From Octopus vulgaris (Eukaryota), in NCBI GenBank assembly GCA_951406725.2, contig OX597823.1:108376001-108440000 (forward strand): a DNA stretch of 64,000 bases, written 5' to 3'. The notes below the pieces were generated by a model. That model was not told the DNA's origin. It made no database searches and was given only the letters and a program-made list of their open reading frames with translations. The translations under genes and the position numbers were made by a program. This document shows positions 40,341-54,231 of the stretch, one piece after another (positions within the stretch are counted from its first letter, which is position 1; each line of letters opens with the position of its first letter).

Positions 40341-40769
40341 TATGTTGATAACTTCTTATTTTTACTTTAGAGATTATGATTTACTGATGAGGTTTAACTC
40401 CGAAGAATGTCTGCTGCTTTCAACAGTGGACTGATCACATCCATTCCAGTCTACATTGTCTTATATTTTACAAAAATTTTGACAAACAGATTTCAATTGA
40501 ATTATCTCCCCTGTTTGATGGTTTTGGTTTTTGAATTGCATTATTTTACTTTGTGAAAACTTACATTAACGAAGAAATGAAAGGTGTGTAAATTGGCCAA
40601 ATATTTACCGGTTCAATCATTTTCTCACTTGACAGACAATTCTAGAGAAATAACATTTAGTCAGCACACAAGAATGATAGGATTGAGCGAATGAGGGAAC
40701 TTAGAAATTACAGCCAACTTCATTAACTGACATCATGTCATTTGAGAGAAATACTCATGATAATATAAT

Positions 40770-41184
40770 CCTTTATATCCTTTTACCCTTTTTTAGTCAT
40801 TTGATTGCAGCCATGCTGGAGCACTGCCTTTAGTCGAGCAAATTGGCCCCAGGACTTATTCTTCGTAAGCCTAGTACTTATTCTATCAGTTCTTTTTCTG
40901 AACTGTTAATTTACAGGGATGTAAACACACCACCATCGGTTGTCAAGCGATGTTGGGGGAATAAACACACACACACAAATGTATACACACACACACATAC
41001 ATATATATATACATATATACGATAGTCTTCTTTCAGTTTCTGCCAACCAAATCCACTTACAAGGCTTTGGTCGACCCGAGGCTATAGTAGAAGACACTTG
41101 CCCAACATGCCATACAGTGGGACTGAACCCGGAACCATGTGGTTGGTAAGCAAGCTGCTTACCACACAGCCACTCCTGCACCTA
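40770..41184 (-). mobile_element. SINE family A
   Basis: Homology to other A copies. Confidence 0.9.
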
Positions 41185-41449
41185 TGAATGTATGTATGTA
41201 TTTTTACATACACACACACATATATATATATATATCAGTAGCAATAAAGGGTGAAATTAATTAATTTGGAATAATTATCAATTACACCAAGTAGATTTCG
41301 GCATGTAAAAGCCCCATTCGAGGAAAATTTAAGTAATACTAAGTAATTAAGTAAGTAATACTAAGTAATACTAAGTATATCTCTTTGACTGCTATTTCTA
41401 AATTCAGTGTGTTGGTGAGGCAATTCGTTGCTAAACCCTTAATTACTTA

Positions 41450-41669
<220 letters not shown>

Positions 41670-42613
41670 GTATAAAATGATGGGATGGTCATGGTTGAAA
41701 TATTATTGTTCATAGGTCAACTGGATCAGTTTTGATCTTGGGTTAAACAACAGGACTGAGCTGGACAATTAAGGTCATTCAAAATTATCTGCCCCTTGTC
41801 AGATGATTTTTTTTTTTGAACTGGAGGAAGGTGAAGTCAGTGCCTGTGGCATTGCAAGGCCCTCCAAGACACTTAAAATAGATAATAGATGCCATTTCTA
41901 GTCTTCTTGTACCTTTGTAACTCAACCCCTCTGGGAAAGACAGACAAAAGAAAGGAATTCTAGACTTTGGGGAATCTGGTAGGGATTGAGCCGGCAAAAA
42001 TTATTCAAGAAATTTATGAGTTTAGGTAAGTTTGTGTACCATTGGCAGAAGACCAATCTAATTGTTTAGGGGTTGTGTGTTCCTTTGAGACAGAGGAACA
42101 AAAAATATTTCAACAGTTAAAAAGGTTATTCTCTTTCTCAAACGATGATGCATCAGCTGATACACTCCATCATTCATCCTAATTGTTGCAATATATATGG
42201 CAAAAAACGCTTCATAATATTAATTGCCAAACACATCCTATGTGACTATAAACACCAATAGTAATTCAATAGGGACAAAATAGAAGATAGCTATAGCTGC
42301 ACAAGATAATAAAAAAAGATATGCTATGTAAGATATAATTAAATATCTAGAAACCCATAATCAAACATAGATGCATAAATGTATCAAAACCATTTGTCAC
42401 TAGTGGAACTTGTCAAAAGAGGTAGTAATAAGCAAGACAACAACACTCCAAGTGAAAAAGCTGATTAAATATTATATCAGAGTAACAAGCAGGACTTTCA
42501 AAGCCAGACACACACAACATTTACACTCATTTCACAATGAATACATAAGATATGCAATATTTTTATCAAAGTGTGTTATCTGATATATGATGTACGTACA
42601 TACATACATAAAT

Positions 42614-42662
<49 letters not shown>

Positions 42663-42682
42663 TACATACATACATACATACA

Positions 42683-42711
<29 letters not shown>

Positions 42712-42713
<2 letters not shown>

Positions 42714-42960
42714 GGTAAGAAGCTTGCTTCCCAACCACATGGTTCCAGGTTCAGTCCCAATGCATGGCACCTTGGGCAAATGTCTTCTACAATAGTCTCA
42801 GGTTGACCAAAGCTTTGTAAGTGGGTTTGGCAGACGGAAATTGAAAGAAGTCTGTTGTATATATGTATGTATACACACACACACAAGCAGTGAGACTGAA
42901 CCCAGAACCATGTGGTTGGTTAGCAAGTTATTTACGACACAGCCACTCCTGCACCTACTA
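42712..42960. mobile_element. SINE family A 5' half (+) followed by an inverted head fragment (-)
   Basis: ggtaagaagcttgcttcccaaccacatggttccaggttcagtc at 42714; gactgaacccagaaccatgtggttggttagcaag at 42894. Confidence 0.8.
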
Positions 42961-43583
42961 CTACTGTCTAATGACAGTAATTTAGATAATTCAGGTATGT
43001 GATTATATACTGAATGACATAGGCAAAATTTCTAAAGTTTAACTGAAATTTACCTTCCAGTTGATGAAACAGAAAATAAGTGAAACAATTGTTACATGGC
43101 AAATTATTAATTTTGATTCTGAGGTGAAAAATCTGATCTTTTTTAACTGGAGAGATAATAGCTAATGACATGTTTCAGCATTATTACAACTCATTAGTCA
43201 AGCATCTTCATCATGAGTTTTCTCAAAAAGTTGATATAATTTTGAGTCCTGCTGCAATGATGTGTTAATCTAGTTCTCATTAACATGAGAACTAAAATTT
43301 GGGTTTCTAAGTAAAGATATATCCTCCCCTATTCCTCTCATCATTTCACTAACATATTTAATTTTCTCTGTATCCCATCTCTCTTCATTTATCCTCATAT
43401 CTTTCACCAGCAAATTCCCTATCGTTAAACTCCTTTTCTGAACCTCTATTCACTTCTGTATCTCAACCACTCACTTGCTTCTTACTATTTATCTATTACA
43501 CCTCCTTTTTTCTTCACTTCACCTCTCACTCCTTCTATATCTATCTGTCTGTTTGTCTGTCTGCCTGTCTACCTGCCTACCTG

Positions 43584-43660
<77 letters not shown>

Positions 43661-44207
43661 ATCGAAAACCTAACCCACTTTTTTTCTCCTCAAAAAGAAA
43701 AGCTCTACCTTGTAATTTGCCCCGTCTGTGTGCAGCCCTGTGTGTCTAATAAAGAAACATATCTATCTATCAATCTACCCATCCATCCATCTACCTACCT
43801 ATCTATCCATCTTCTCCCACTTTGTCTCTATTAGTCCTTATCTTTCCTCCACCTCTTACCCATTCACCACCACTCACTTACCCCTCCTCTTCAGCCTCAC
43901 ATTCCTCTCACTTCATCATATTTCCACCTCAACGATTCTTTCATCCATTTATTAATATTTTCTACAGTGAATTGTCACTTTCTTAAAAGTTGTTATTATT
44001 GCTGCTGCTGATGAGGATGATGACGACGTTAATAAAGGCAGCAGTGATGATGATGGTGATGTAACAACCCCCCCTCCTCTTTCTCTTCCAGTTTTATCAA
44101 TTATTTATTTGCTGTTGCTACTGATGTTGTGGTTGTGATTCTTGTTTTACCTCTTTTCATGTTAATCATAAATTATTCATTTGCCTGCTTCTGTTGCTGC
44201 AGCTACC

Positions 44208-44500
44208 GATGATGATGAAGATGATGATGATGGTGATGATGATGATGATGATGGCAATAATGATGATGAGATGACAAATGCGATGATGCTGATGACAATG
44301 ATGGTGATGATGATGATGGTGGTGATGATGACGATGTGGTGATGATGATGATGATGGTGATGAAGACGACGATGATGATGATTATGGTGATGATGATGAA
44401 GATGGTGATGAAGAAATCAATGTTGCTGCTGCTGTTAATGATGGTGATGATGAAGAGGGCAATGATGATGATGGCCATGACAATGATGATGATGATGATG
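44208..44500. repeat. (GAT)n degenerate microsatellite
   Basis: Directly visible. Confidence 0.9.
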
Positions 44501-45273
44501 ATGTGATTGTGGATGTTCTTGTTTTCATTGTTGTTATCACTCTAATCATTGTCATCGTTACAGTTGCTATCATTGTCGCAACTGTTGTTGTTGTTGTTGT
44601 TGCTGTTGCTGTTGTTAATGCAGCATCTCAATAATTTAGAATTAAAGACTAATTAGGAAAGATTTTTAAAATAACAACAACAACATTATACACACACAAA
44701 TACACACACATGCACGCAAACACACACACACACACACACACAAACGCACATGCACACGTACACACATATACATGCACATGCAAACAGATACACACATGCA
44801 CACATATATGCGCACATGTGTACACACACATACTCACACAACTGCACACACACACACAACACATACGCATGCACACACATGCATATGCACACACATACAT
44901 GCACTCACGCACACACATACACATTCATATATACACACACATACACATTCATATATACACACACACACATACCCATTCATACACACACACACACACACAC
45001 ACACATGCACAAATAAAACAAAAAAACTACAAAATTTAACAACAAAAATCACTGAGGTACCAAACCATTGAAAAGAACAGGGAAAGGAAGACCTCTTCTG
45101 TTAACAACAACAACAGCAGCAACAACAACAAGCCACCTATTTGTTGCTAACCACACCTACCCCCACCCCAACCTTTCTCTTAATTAGGGCTCATTAAATC
45201 TTTATGATGACAGATGACATTCTGGAAGGCCATTTGATTTTAATCTGATGATTGATAACCTCTCATTTTCTTA

Positions 45274-45328
45274 GTTACTAGGCAGCAGCAACCAGGTTGC
45301 TAAGGGCAACTGTGTTACCCATGGTAAC
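45274..45328. promoter_or_regulatory. Cluster of three RFX X-box-like palindromes (candidate enhancer)
   Basis: GTTACTAGGCAGC (45274-86), GTTGCTAAGGGCAAC (45296-310) and GTTACCCATGGTAAC (45314-328) in non-repetitive sequence. Confidence 0.5.
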
Positions 45329-45494
45329 TGGCATATGGACATAACCTGGGTAGAGATTGGGAGTAAGAGAGCCGTGAATATATTGTTATATTTGGGTGGT
45401 TTTTCTTTTTTTTTAATTATTGGTTAATATTTTTTAATTTAAAATAAGTTTATGCTTCGTTTTATAACCACCCTAGGTGGCACTAATGGTCTAG

Positions 45495-45533
45495 CTGCTG
45501 CTGCTGCTGCTGCCGCTGCTTCTGCTGCTGTTG

Positions 45534-45564
<31 letters not shown>

Positions 45565-45651
45565 TACAATCACTACTACCACCTTCACTACCTTCATGAA
45601 GACCACCACCACCACCACAACAACCACCACCACCACCATCACCACCAACTT

Positions 45652-45708
<57 letters not shown>

Positions 45709-45827
45709 CACCACCACCATCACTACTATTGCCATTACTAATACTACCGCCACCACCACCTTCAGTGCCACCTTCACTACAACCACCACTATCACAATGA
45801 CAACAACAACGACGCCCACCACCACCG

Positions 45828-45865
<38 letters not shown>

Positions 45866-45900
45866 GTTGCTGCTGCTGCTGCCACTACTACTACTACTAC
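45495..45900. repeat. (GCT)/(ACT)/(ACC) compound microsatellite
   Basis: Directly visible. Confidence 0.95.
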
Positions 45901-47130
45901 CTTCACCACTACCATTAGCTTCATTGTGATTATATAAGCAATTTTAGCAGTTGCGACATCTACATCATCATCATCATCAACAGCATTGCCAGCAACAAGA
46001 AGCACAGCAAGCAGAGGTACAACAACAACAAGCACAAAAAATATCAGCCTCTATATGTGGTCAGTAGGCCATCTTGAAATAACAGTCAAAAACTCACTAA
46101 AATTATAACCCACTGTTTTAGAGCAAATGGAGATATTACACAATATGATTTCTAGATGGAATGGTCATGGTTTGAATACTTTTGATCAAAGTTCTAATCA
46201 ATTAGGATTGATGTAGAACAGTAAAGCACAAACTATGGATTAAATCCATCAGAATTTTTTGAATCCTGCTTAGACCCTCAGCATCCCTGGACCTTCAATT
46301 TCATTTCAATAAATCAGAACAAGATACAAAGGGTTCACACAGAGACACAATAAACTGATGGGCCTCTGTGACAGTGACAGTAGATATTATACAGGGGTAT
46401 TTCATAGTTTGGATAAGGCTGTATACCAAAATATAAAGAAGAATCTGATGTTTCTTACCTGCTTTTTTGAGAGAGAAAAAATTGTTTAACTGTTTAAGAT
46501 CTGTTTTCTCTCTCTCTCTCCCTTCTGTCTTTCCTCTTTCTCTCACCCTTCTCTCTTTCCTCTCTTTGTCTGTATCTCTCTATCTCTTTCACATACACAC
46601 ATACATACACAAAACGGAACATCCATGAAATGTTAAATTCCTCTTCTCCATGTGGTGGCAAGCTCTAATTCTAACAGACATAATTTTATAACCACCCTGG
46701 GTAGTTCTAATGTTATAGTAACAGCTATAGCATTAGTACCACTTAGGGTGGTTATGAAACAAAACATTAACTTATTTTAAATTAAAAAATATTAATCTAT
46801 AATTGAAATTAAAAACGACACCCCAAAATAACATAATGACAAAGAAAACTACCATACTTGTATACTAAATACTGAAACTAGAAGATGGCTTATGTAGTGC
46901 CTGGGCCCAAAACCCAATATAACTGGTGAGGTAAAGAGATGTGAGTGAGCCAAGACTTCACTGAGTGTTTGGGAGGAGTTGTACATGTTAACTATCACTA
47001 ATCTGGTATCACTGTGACCTGAAGTGGGGCCAGATTATTGAGTTTTGTCGAATTGCAAAGTGATTAAGATAGTGTTCACATAATCCATACGATGATGATG
47101 ATGATAGCCATCTCATACTACCTTTGAAAT

Positions 47131-47385
47131 CATCATCATCATCATCATTTAATGTCCGCTTTCCATGCTAGCATGGGTTGGACGATTTGACTGAGGTCTG
47201 GCGAACCAGACTCCAATCTGATCTGGCAGAGTTTCTACAGCTGGATGCCCTTCCTAATGCCAACCACTCCGAGTGTGTAGTGGGTGCTTTTACGTGGCAC
47301 CGGCACGAGGGCCAGTTTGGTGGTACTGGCAATGTCCATGCCCAGATGGTGCTTTTTACGGGCCACCTGCACAGGAACCAGTCCA
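47131..47385 (-). mobile_element. SINE family C
   Basis: Homologous to 5083-5372. Confidence 0.88.
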
Positions 47386-47614
47386 TAAAGAAACAACATA
47401 TATTAAATGAAAATTAAGTGAAATCACGATTAAAAAACAAGGAACATCAAATGAAATTCTCATATAATTTTGAAGATTTACTAAAAAAGAAAAAAGAAAA
47501 CACTTCCACTTCCAAAATGAAGAGCTGGAATTTAGAATTAACAACATTTGGTTTGGTCTCTCTTTATGTATGCATAAACATACATAAATATATGAATATG
47601 AATAAACATATATA

Positions 47615-48015
47615 AGTGCAGGAATGGCTGTGTGGTAAGAAGCTTGATTCCCAACCATGTGGTTCTGGGTTCAGTCCCACTGCATGGCGCCTTGGGCAAG
47701 TGTCTTCTACTATAGCTTCAAGCCGACCAAAACCTTGTGAGTGGATTTGGTAGATGTAAACTGAAAGAAGCCCATCTTATATATATATCTGTGTGTGTGT
47801 GTGTGTGTCTGTGTTTGTACCCCCCATCATCACTTGAGAACTGGTGTTGGTGTGTCTATGTCCCTCTAACTTTGCAGTTCAGCAAAAGAAACCGACAGAA
47901 TAAGTATCAAGCTTTAAAAAAATAAGTACTGGGGTCGATTCATTCGCCGAAAAATTCATATTGGTGCCCCAGCATGGCTACAGTCTGAATGTCTGAAACA
48001 CATAACAAATAAAAG
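47615..48015 (+). mobile_element. SINE family A (variant subfamily)
   Basis: Head and CORE-like domain as in other A copies; tail ggtgccccagcatggctacagtc. Confidence 0.85.
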
Positions 48016-48052
48016 ATAAAAGGTATATGTAAGAATGTATATGTATATATAT

Positions 48053-48104
<52 letters not shown>

Positions 48105-48109
<5 letters not shown>

Positions 48110-48157
48110 TAATCCAAACGGGAAAACAGAAAAAACAACAACACGTGGAACAATCAC
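48105..48157 (-). mobile_element. Short fragment related to the 54057-54211 hammerhead element, in (TA)n
   Basis: aggttaatccaaac...acaacaac...gtggaacaa. Confidence 0.6.
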
Positions 48158-49060
48158 ATATATATATATATTCATATATATATATATGTATATATTTGTG
48201 TGTGTGTGTGTGTATATATGTATATAAACATTTATAAACTAACATAAGTAAACATAAATAAGCACACGCATAAATATATACATAAACATATATATGTATG
48301 TAAACTTACACATGTAAATACACTTGTAAATATACACACAAACAAGCTTGAGCATACAAATAATTCATAGAGAAACTTGCATAAACATGCACATAGATAT
48401 ACACGCATACACGAACATGAATTTAAACATAAGCACACATGAACACATGTAGGTATATATAAACATAGATACAAACATGTAAGCTTACACAATTACAAAT
48501 CATCATAATTATGGAAAAATCCACATGCATCAAAACATACATATGAATATACTTAAATACACATATGCAAGCAAGTGATATAAAACTACACACGTGTATA
48601 ATTGTATATGGATACAAAAGCTCTCCACACACACACACATGTGTGCAAACAGCCATATACATACTAGCATATATATTTGTATGTCTGTATAAATGTTAGT
48701 TTGTATGTCTGCAAATATATAATATACATCAGCATATATATAACCAGAGGATACAACATTGTAAATAAAACACCTCCTTGCTGTTTCCACAGAAACTAAG
48801 ACATTCCATACCGAACACAAAAGGACATTGATAGTTCCAGGTTTTTCCTGGCTACTTGGTGCTACAACCATTGTCACAGGACCAAAACACCTCGAAGGTC
48901 TTTTAGTAAGAAAGGAAGATTCCTGTAGTCAGAACTTGCTGCAAGAAATGACAAACATGGTTTAATCAGGAAGCAATTGCCACACATCCAGTTTTGCCGA
49001 TTCCCATTTCTTTTAATGCTTATATATATGTAAATGTAAGTGCGTGTGTGTGTATGTGTG

Positions 49061-49270
<210 letters not shown>

Positions 49271-49504
49271 TATGTATGTATGCTTTTCTGGCTACTTACT
49301 ATCAGAGCCATTGTCACAGAACCTAATAGCTTCAAGTATTTTCAGTAGGAAGAAAGGTTCCTGTGGACAACATCGCTCCAAGAAGAACCATATTCTTTGA
49401 CACCAACCAACATTAGACAGATACTATCCCTAACTTTCTAACTTTTCTGTTTCATTCTACTTTTTGTTTCTTTGTTCTTTATTTTGCTTATCTTTTTCTG
49501 TCCT

Positions 49505-49790
49505 CTTCTTCTTCTTTCTTCTTCTTCTTCTTCTTCTTCTTCTTCTTCTTCTTCTTCTTCTTCTTCTTCTTCTTCTTCTTCTTCTTCTTCTTCTTCTTCT
49601 TCTTCTTCTTCTTCTCTTCTTCTTCCTCTCTTCTTCTTCTTCTTCTTCTTCCTTCTTCTTCTTCTTCTTCTTCTTCTTCTTCTTCTTCTTCTTCTTCTTC
49701 TTCTTCTTCTTCTTCTTCTTCTTCTTCTTCTTCCTCCTCCTTCTTCTTCTTCTTCTTCTTCTTCTTCCATTTTCTTTCTTTCTTCTTCTC
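49505..49790. repeat. (CTT)n polypyrimidine microsatellite
   Basis: Directly visible. Confidence 0.97.
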
Positions 49791-50179
49791 TTTTGACTAC
49801 CTTCTTCTTATTCTTCTGCTAATTGGTTCTTCAAAGACAACATCACTGCTCAGAATAGAACAAGAGAACAGCTCAAAGAAGAGATTCCCATGGACAACTT
49901 TGCCATTGGTAGAAAAACAAATTCTAATCCCATCACCATTACTTCTGTTTAGTTCTTCTCATTTTCCCCAATGTCTTCGGGAAATCATTCCATGGTGATT
50001 GTCATCATATTTTGACACCACACCCCACTGTCTTTCTCATTTGTCCTTCATATGTCACCTGATATGATGTCACCCTTGTGGCAAATATGGAAACACTTAT
50101 CATTGTTATTGTTGTTGTTTTGTTATTGTTTTTTGTCATCATCGACATCATAATCATCAATGTCATCATTGTCGTCTTC

Positions 50180-50447
50180 CTCACCACGACCACCACCACC
50201 AAACCACCACCACCACCACCACCACCACCACCACCACCACCACCGCCACCACCACCACCATCACCCATCACCGTGATCATCATCATCATCATTATCATCA
50301 TCTTCACCTTCATCACCACCGCAACCACCACCACCAGCACTAACACCACCACCACCAATACCACCACCACTCATCACCGCGATCATCATCATCATCGTCA
50401 TCGTTGTCATCATCATCATCACCATCACCATCACCATCATCATCATC

Positions 50448-50479
<32 letters not shown>

Positions 50480-50582
50480 CATCATCATCACCATCATCAT
50501 CATCACCACCACCACCACCACCACCACCGTCGTGGTCGTCGTTTTCATCATCATCACCATTATTATTATTATTATTATTATT
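50180..50582. repeat. (CAC)/(CAT)/(ATT) compound microsatellite
   Basis: Directly visible. Confidence 0.95.
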
Positions 50583-51019
50583 AATTATATTAGTATTATT
50601 ATCACGTATGTATTTATTATGAATATTATTACTGCGAGTCAGTGTAATTAGCTGTACCTCCATTGCAAAGACGAGTGCAGCTCACCATGCCTGAGGTGTG
50701 TATGTGTGTGCATGGATGTATATATACAAACATGCATGTGGAGTATATTCTATTGTATTGATAGTACCCCATGTAGTATGTCTACAGTCCTCAATAGTAA
50801 TTTTTGTATATAATGCATACACACACACACACACACACACACACATGCATATATACGTTTGAGATTTGGTTCATGTATTTAGCTATCCTCATTTGGCCTC
50901 TTGCGAATCAAATAATGGGGGGAAAAAAAGAACGTAACGATAATGGTGAAGATGGTTTCTTCAACAGTTTCTAGGGTGTTTCTGCGTTCCTAAGTTGTAT
51001 GGGGTAAGCATTGTCTTCT

Positions 51020-51064
51020 ACTGCTGCTGCTGCTGCTACTACTACTACCACCACCGCCACCACC

Positions 51065-51125
<61 letters not shown>

Positions 51126-51151
51126 ACAACAACAACAACAACAACAACACA

Positions 51152-51207
<56 letters not shown>

Positions 51208-51222
51208 CACCACCACCACCAT

Positions 51223-51256
<34 letters not shown>

Positions 51257-51283
51257 GCTACTGCTGCTGCTACTACTACTACC

Positions 51284-51325
<42 letters not shown>

Positions 51326-51412
51326 GCTACTGCTACTGCTGCTGCTGCGGCTGCTGCTGCTACTACTACTACAACTACTACAAATACCACCACCACCACC
51401 ACCACCACCACT
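51020..51412. repeat. (GCT)/(ACT)/(ACC)/(AAC) compound microsatellite
   Basis: Directly visible. Confidence 0.95.
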
Positions 51413-52293
51413 ATGAATAACATTCCTAGGTAGATGATGATGATGATGATGACGACAACTGCAACAGCGACAACTATTATTATTATTAACATTTATTAAT
51501 TTCTGATGCTCTTCGCTTGTAATTTCATGTGTGTGTTTGTGTGTGCATGTGTGTGTGTGTGTGTGTTTGATCATCCCCCACCACCCCACCCGGCCCTTCA
51601 CATGCACATACACAATATGTATAACATCTATGACCTATAGTTGAGATATGGATGGTGCCATTTAGTCTGCGGGGTCAAAGCATGGGACTTAGTGGTGGGT
51701 TGGGGTTTTGGAGTTGGGAGTGTTTGAAGGGGTCAGAGATATAGTAGTCCTGTTGTTAACATTGTGGCCCCTAGCATTCCATTGTGAAGTACAAAGAATT
51801 CACCAAACACAAGATTATTCTTGATTGTGTATTCTTTGCTTAACTTTAGCTAATTCAACTCTTGCCCTTGCCCCTGCCCCTTAAAATGTAGTGTCATATG
51901 TGTCAGTATGGGTAACTTAAGGTTTGGGTATTGGGGTTGGAGCAGGGTGGTTGGCAAGGGGACACGATATGATATGGGGATGCCTTTTTTTAGGGTGATA
52001 TGGGACAGTATCACAACAGCCTATAAGATGGTTTTTGACTTTTGTCTATCTGTCTATCTGCATGTATGTATATAAATATGTATGTGGATAGGTATGTGTG
52101 TATGATTTTCACACACACGCACACAAACACACACAAACACATATATATATATATATGTATGCATATATATATATATATGTATGCATGTATATATGTAAGT
52201 ATATATATATATGTGTGTGTGTGCGTGTGTATATATATATGTATATATATACATGTATATATATATGTATGTATATATATATATATATATATA

Positions 52294-52442
52294 GAAACTG
52301 ACTTATTGGAAGTCCACCTGAAGATTGTCGATCAAGACAAGAAACAATTGTAGTGGCGGTTTTTTTACTATTTATTAAAATTTTATGTATTGATTAAGTC
52401 TTTCCTTGTTTGTTTTGCAAAATAGTGGTTTTGTCTCTAATA

Positions 52443-52449
<7 letters not shown>
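52294..52449 (+). mobile_element. About 155-bp hammerhead-bearing insert between (TA)n tracts
   Basis: Unique sequence bounded by (TA)n; contains the HHR at 52314-52356 followed by a T-rich tail. Confidence 0.75.
52314..52356 (+). ncRNA. Minimal type I hammerhead ribozyme motif with intact core
   Basis: CCAC-CTGAAGA-TTGTC gatcaa GACAA-GAAAC AATT GTA^GTGG: 4-bp stem I, 5-bp stem II, palindromic helix III ACAATTGT, GUA cleavage triplet. Confidence 0.8.
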
Positions 52450-52483
<34 letters not shown>

Positions 52484-52487
52484 TTAG

Positions 52488-52571
52488 CTAGGCTAAAAAG
52501 TCACATTCGATCACAGCACCAGTAACAGTTAAACTTTGTGCAATGGCCATACTCAATAACGAGGGGGAAGC

Positions 52572-52575
<4 letters not shown>
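52488..52575 (+). mobile_element. Very short 3' end of an RTE-like LINE in (TA)n
   Basis: gct agg cta aaa agt cac att cga tca cag cac cag taa = ARLKSHIRSQHQ*, like the GLxSHxRxH end of RTE ORFs. Confidence 0.45.
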
Positions 52576-52617
<42 letters not shown>

Positions 52618-52640
52618 TACATGTATGTAATATATATATA

Positions 52641-53527
52641 TGAGGGTAATCCCAAAAGAAAGGTCTCCAAAAATATTTAGAAGTCACAGAAACGTTTATT
52701 GTTAATGATGTTTACAACATTTTAAAGTTTGAGCATTTATCTATTTTCCTGCATCATCGCCCCATATTGGTCGATGCCTTTTTGTAGGCACAGGGGAAGT
52801 TTTTGTATCCCCATGTCATACCAGTTCACTGCCATGTCATTGAGGAAGCATTGAACTTCATCTTTCAGCTCTTCGTCATTGCTGATGCACGTTCTGGTCA
52901 AATGTTCTTTTAACTTAGGGAGCAGGTGGTAGTCACTGGGTGCCAGGTTTGAAGTATATGTTCGGTTGCTATTTATGGTTTTCTGTGAGCTTCCGTGGGA
53001 CCCATTTTACAATATTGCAACTTTTCCCTCAAAACCCTATGAATGATGCTTCGGGAAACCTCAGGAACCAAAATGTAGAGATCATCCACAGTGATCCACC
53101 GATTTTCATTTAGGATTTGCTCAACCTTCACAACTATCTCATAGGAAATTGATGGTCACCTGCTTCTTTCTTCATCATGAATTTCTGTACAACCAGCTCC
53201 AAATTCCCGACACCACTTGCGGACGTTTTTGACATCCATGTACAACTCGCCATACACTTCTGTGAAGTGTTGATGAATTTCAATTGGTTTAATGTCTTTT
53301 GTGTCCACAAACCAAATAACTGAGAGAACCTCATGCTTGGCGGTAGCATCAATTGGGAGCTCCATCAGATACGACTGCCAAGCCAAGACTGAGAGTGGCA
53401 GTGAGGTGCGCACAGGGTCACCCACAGGTGCATGCACAACAGACACAACAGTGTTAGTTGCAAATAGCTGTAAGCAGTTTCCTTGCATCCTCAGTGCTTT
53501 GGAGACCTTTCTTTTGGGATTATCCTC
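52641..53527 (-). mobile_element. Internally deleted mariner with both TIRs, inserted in (TA)n
   Basis: TIRs tgagggtaatcccaaaagaaaggtctccaa / ttggagacctttcttttgggattatcctca; HTH IEIHQHFTEVYG...VRKWCREF...IHDEERS; C-terminal NLAPSDYHLLPKLKEHL. Confidence 0.92.
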
Positions 53528-53549
53528 ATATATATATATATATATATAC

Positions 53550-53772
53550 AAGGCGGCGAGCTGGTAGAAACGTTAGCACGCCGGGCGAGATTCGTAGCCG
53601 TATTTCGTCTGTCGTTACGTTCCGAGTTCAAATTCCGCCGAGGTTCGACTTTGCCTTTCATCCTTTCGGGGTCGATAAATTAAGTACCAGTTACGCACTG
53701 GGGTCGATGTAGTCGACTTAATCCCTTTGTCTGTCCTTGTTTGTCCCCTCTGTGTTTAGCCCCTTGTGGGTA
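53550..53772 (+). mobile_element. SINE family B, young copy
   Basis: CpG-rich full copy. Confidence 0.92.
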
Positions 53773-53807
53773 GTAAAGAAATATATATATATATATATAT
53801 ATATATA

Positions 53808-54022
53808 TCATCATCATCATCATCATCATTTAGCGTCCGTTTTCCATGCTGGCATGGGTTGGACGGTTTAACTGGGGTCTGTGAAGCCGGAAGGCTTCAT
53901 CAGGCCCAGTCAGATTTGGCAGTGTTTCTACGGCTGGATGCCCTTCCTAACGCCAACCACTCCGTGAGTGTAGTGGGTGCTTTTTACGTGCCACCAGCAC
54001 AGGTGCCAGACAGAGCTGGCAA
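53808..54022 (-). mobile_element. SINE family C
   Basis: Homologous to 5083-5372. Confidence 0.88.
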
Positions 54023-54023
54023 G

Positions 54024-54056
<33 letters not shown>

Positions 54057-54060
<4 letters not shown>

Positions 54061-54211
54061 TAATCCAAACATGAAAATACAAAGAGAAAACACAACAACG
54101 CGAGGATGTGGAACAAGTATAGTATTATTGGATGTTCAGGAAAGGAAAGAAAGGAGGATTTGACGTTTTGAGCGGAGCTCTTCATCAGAAACATAGGAAA
54201 AGGTAAGATCC
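54057..54211 (-). mobile_element. Short (TA)n-inserted element with minimal hammerhead (G12>A)
   Basis: Minus strand gttt-CTGATGA-A-GAGC tcc GCTC-AAAAC-GTC^aaat at 54158-54192. Confidence 0.75.
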
Positions 54212-54231
54212 ATATATATATTTATATATAT

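Noticed and set aside
41750-42430. Possible CR1/L2 LINE remnant on the minus strand
   Set aside because: Too decayed to recover diagnostic motifs by eye.
44008-44035. CTGATGA hammerhead core
   Set aside because: Arises at a (GCT)n/(GAT)n microsatellite junction.
50682-50702. caccATGcctgag/gtgtgt as a first coding exon
   Set aside because: The donor-like GT comes from the adjacent (TG)n tract; no other support.
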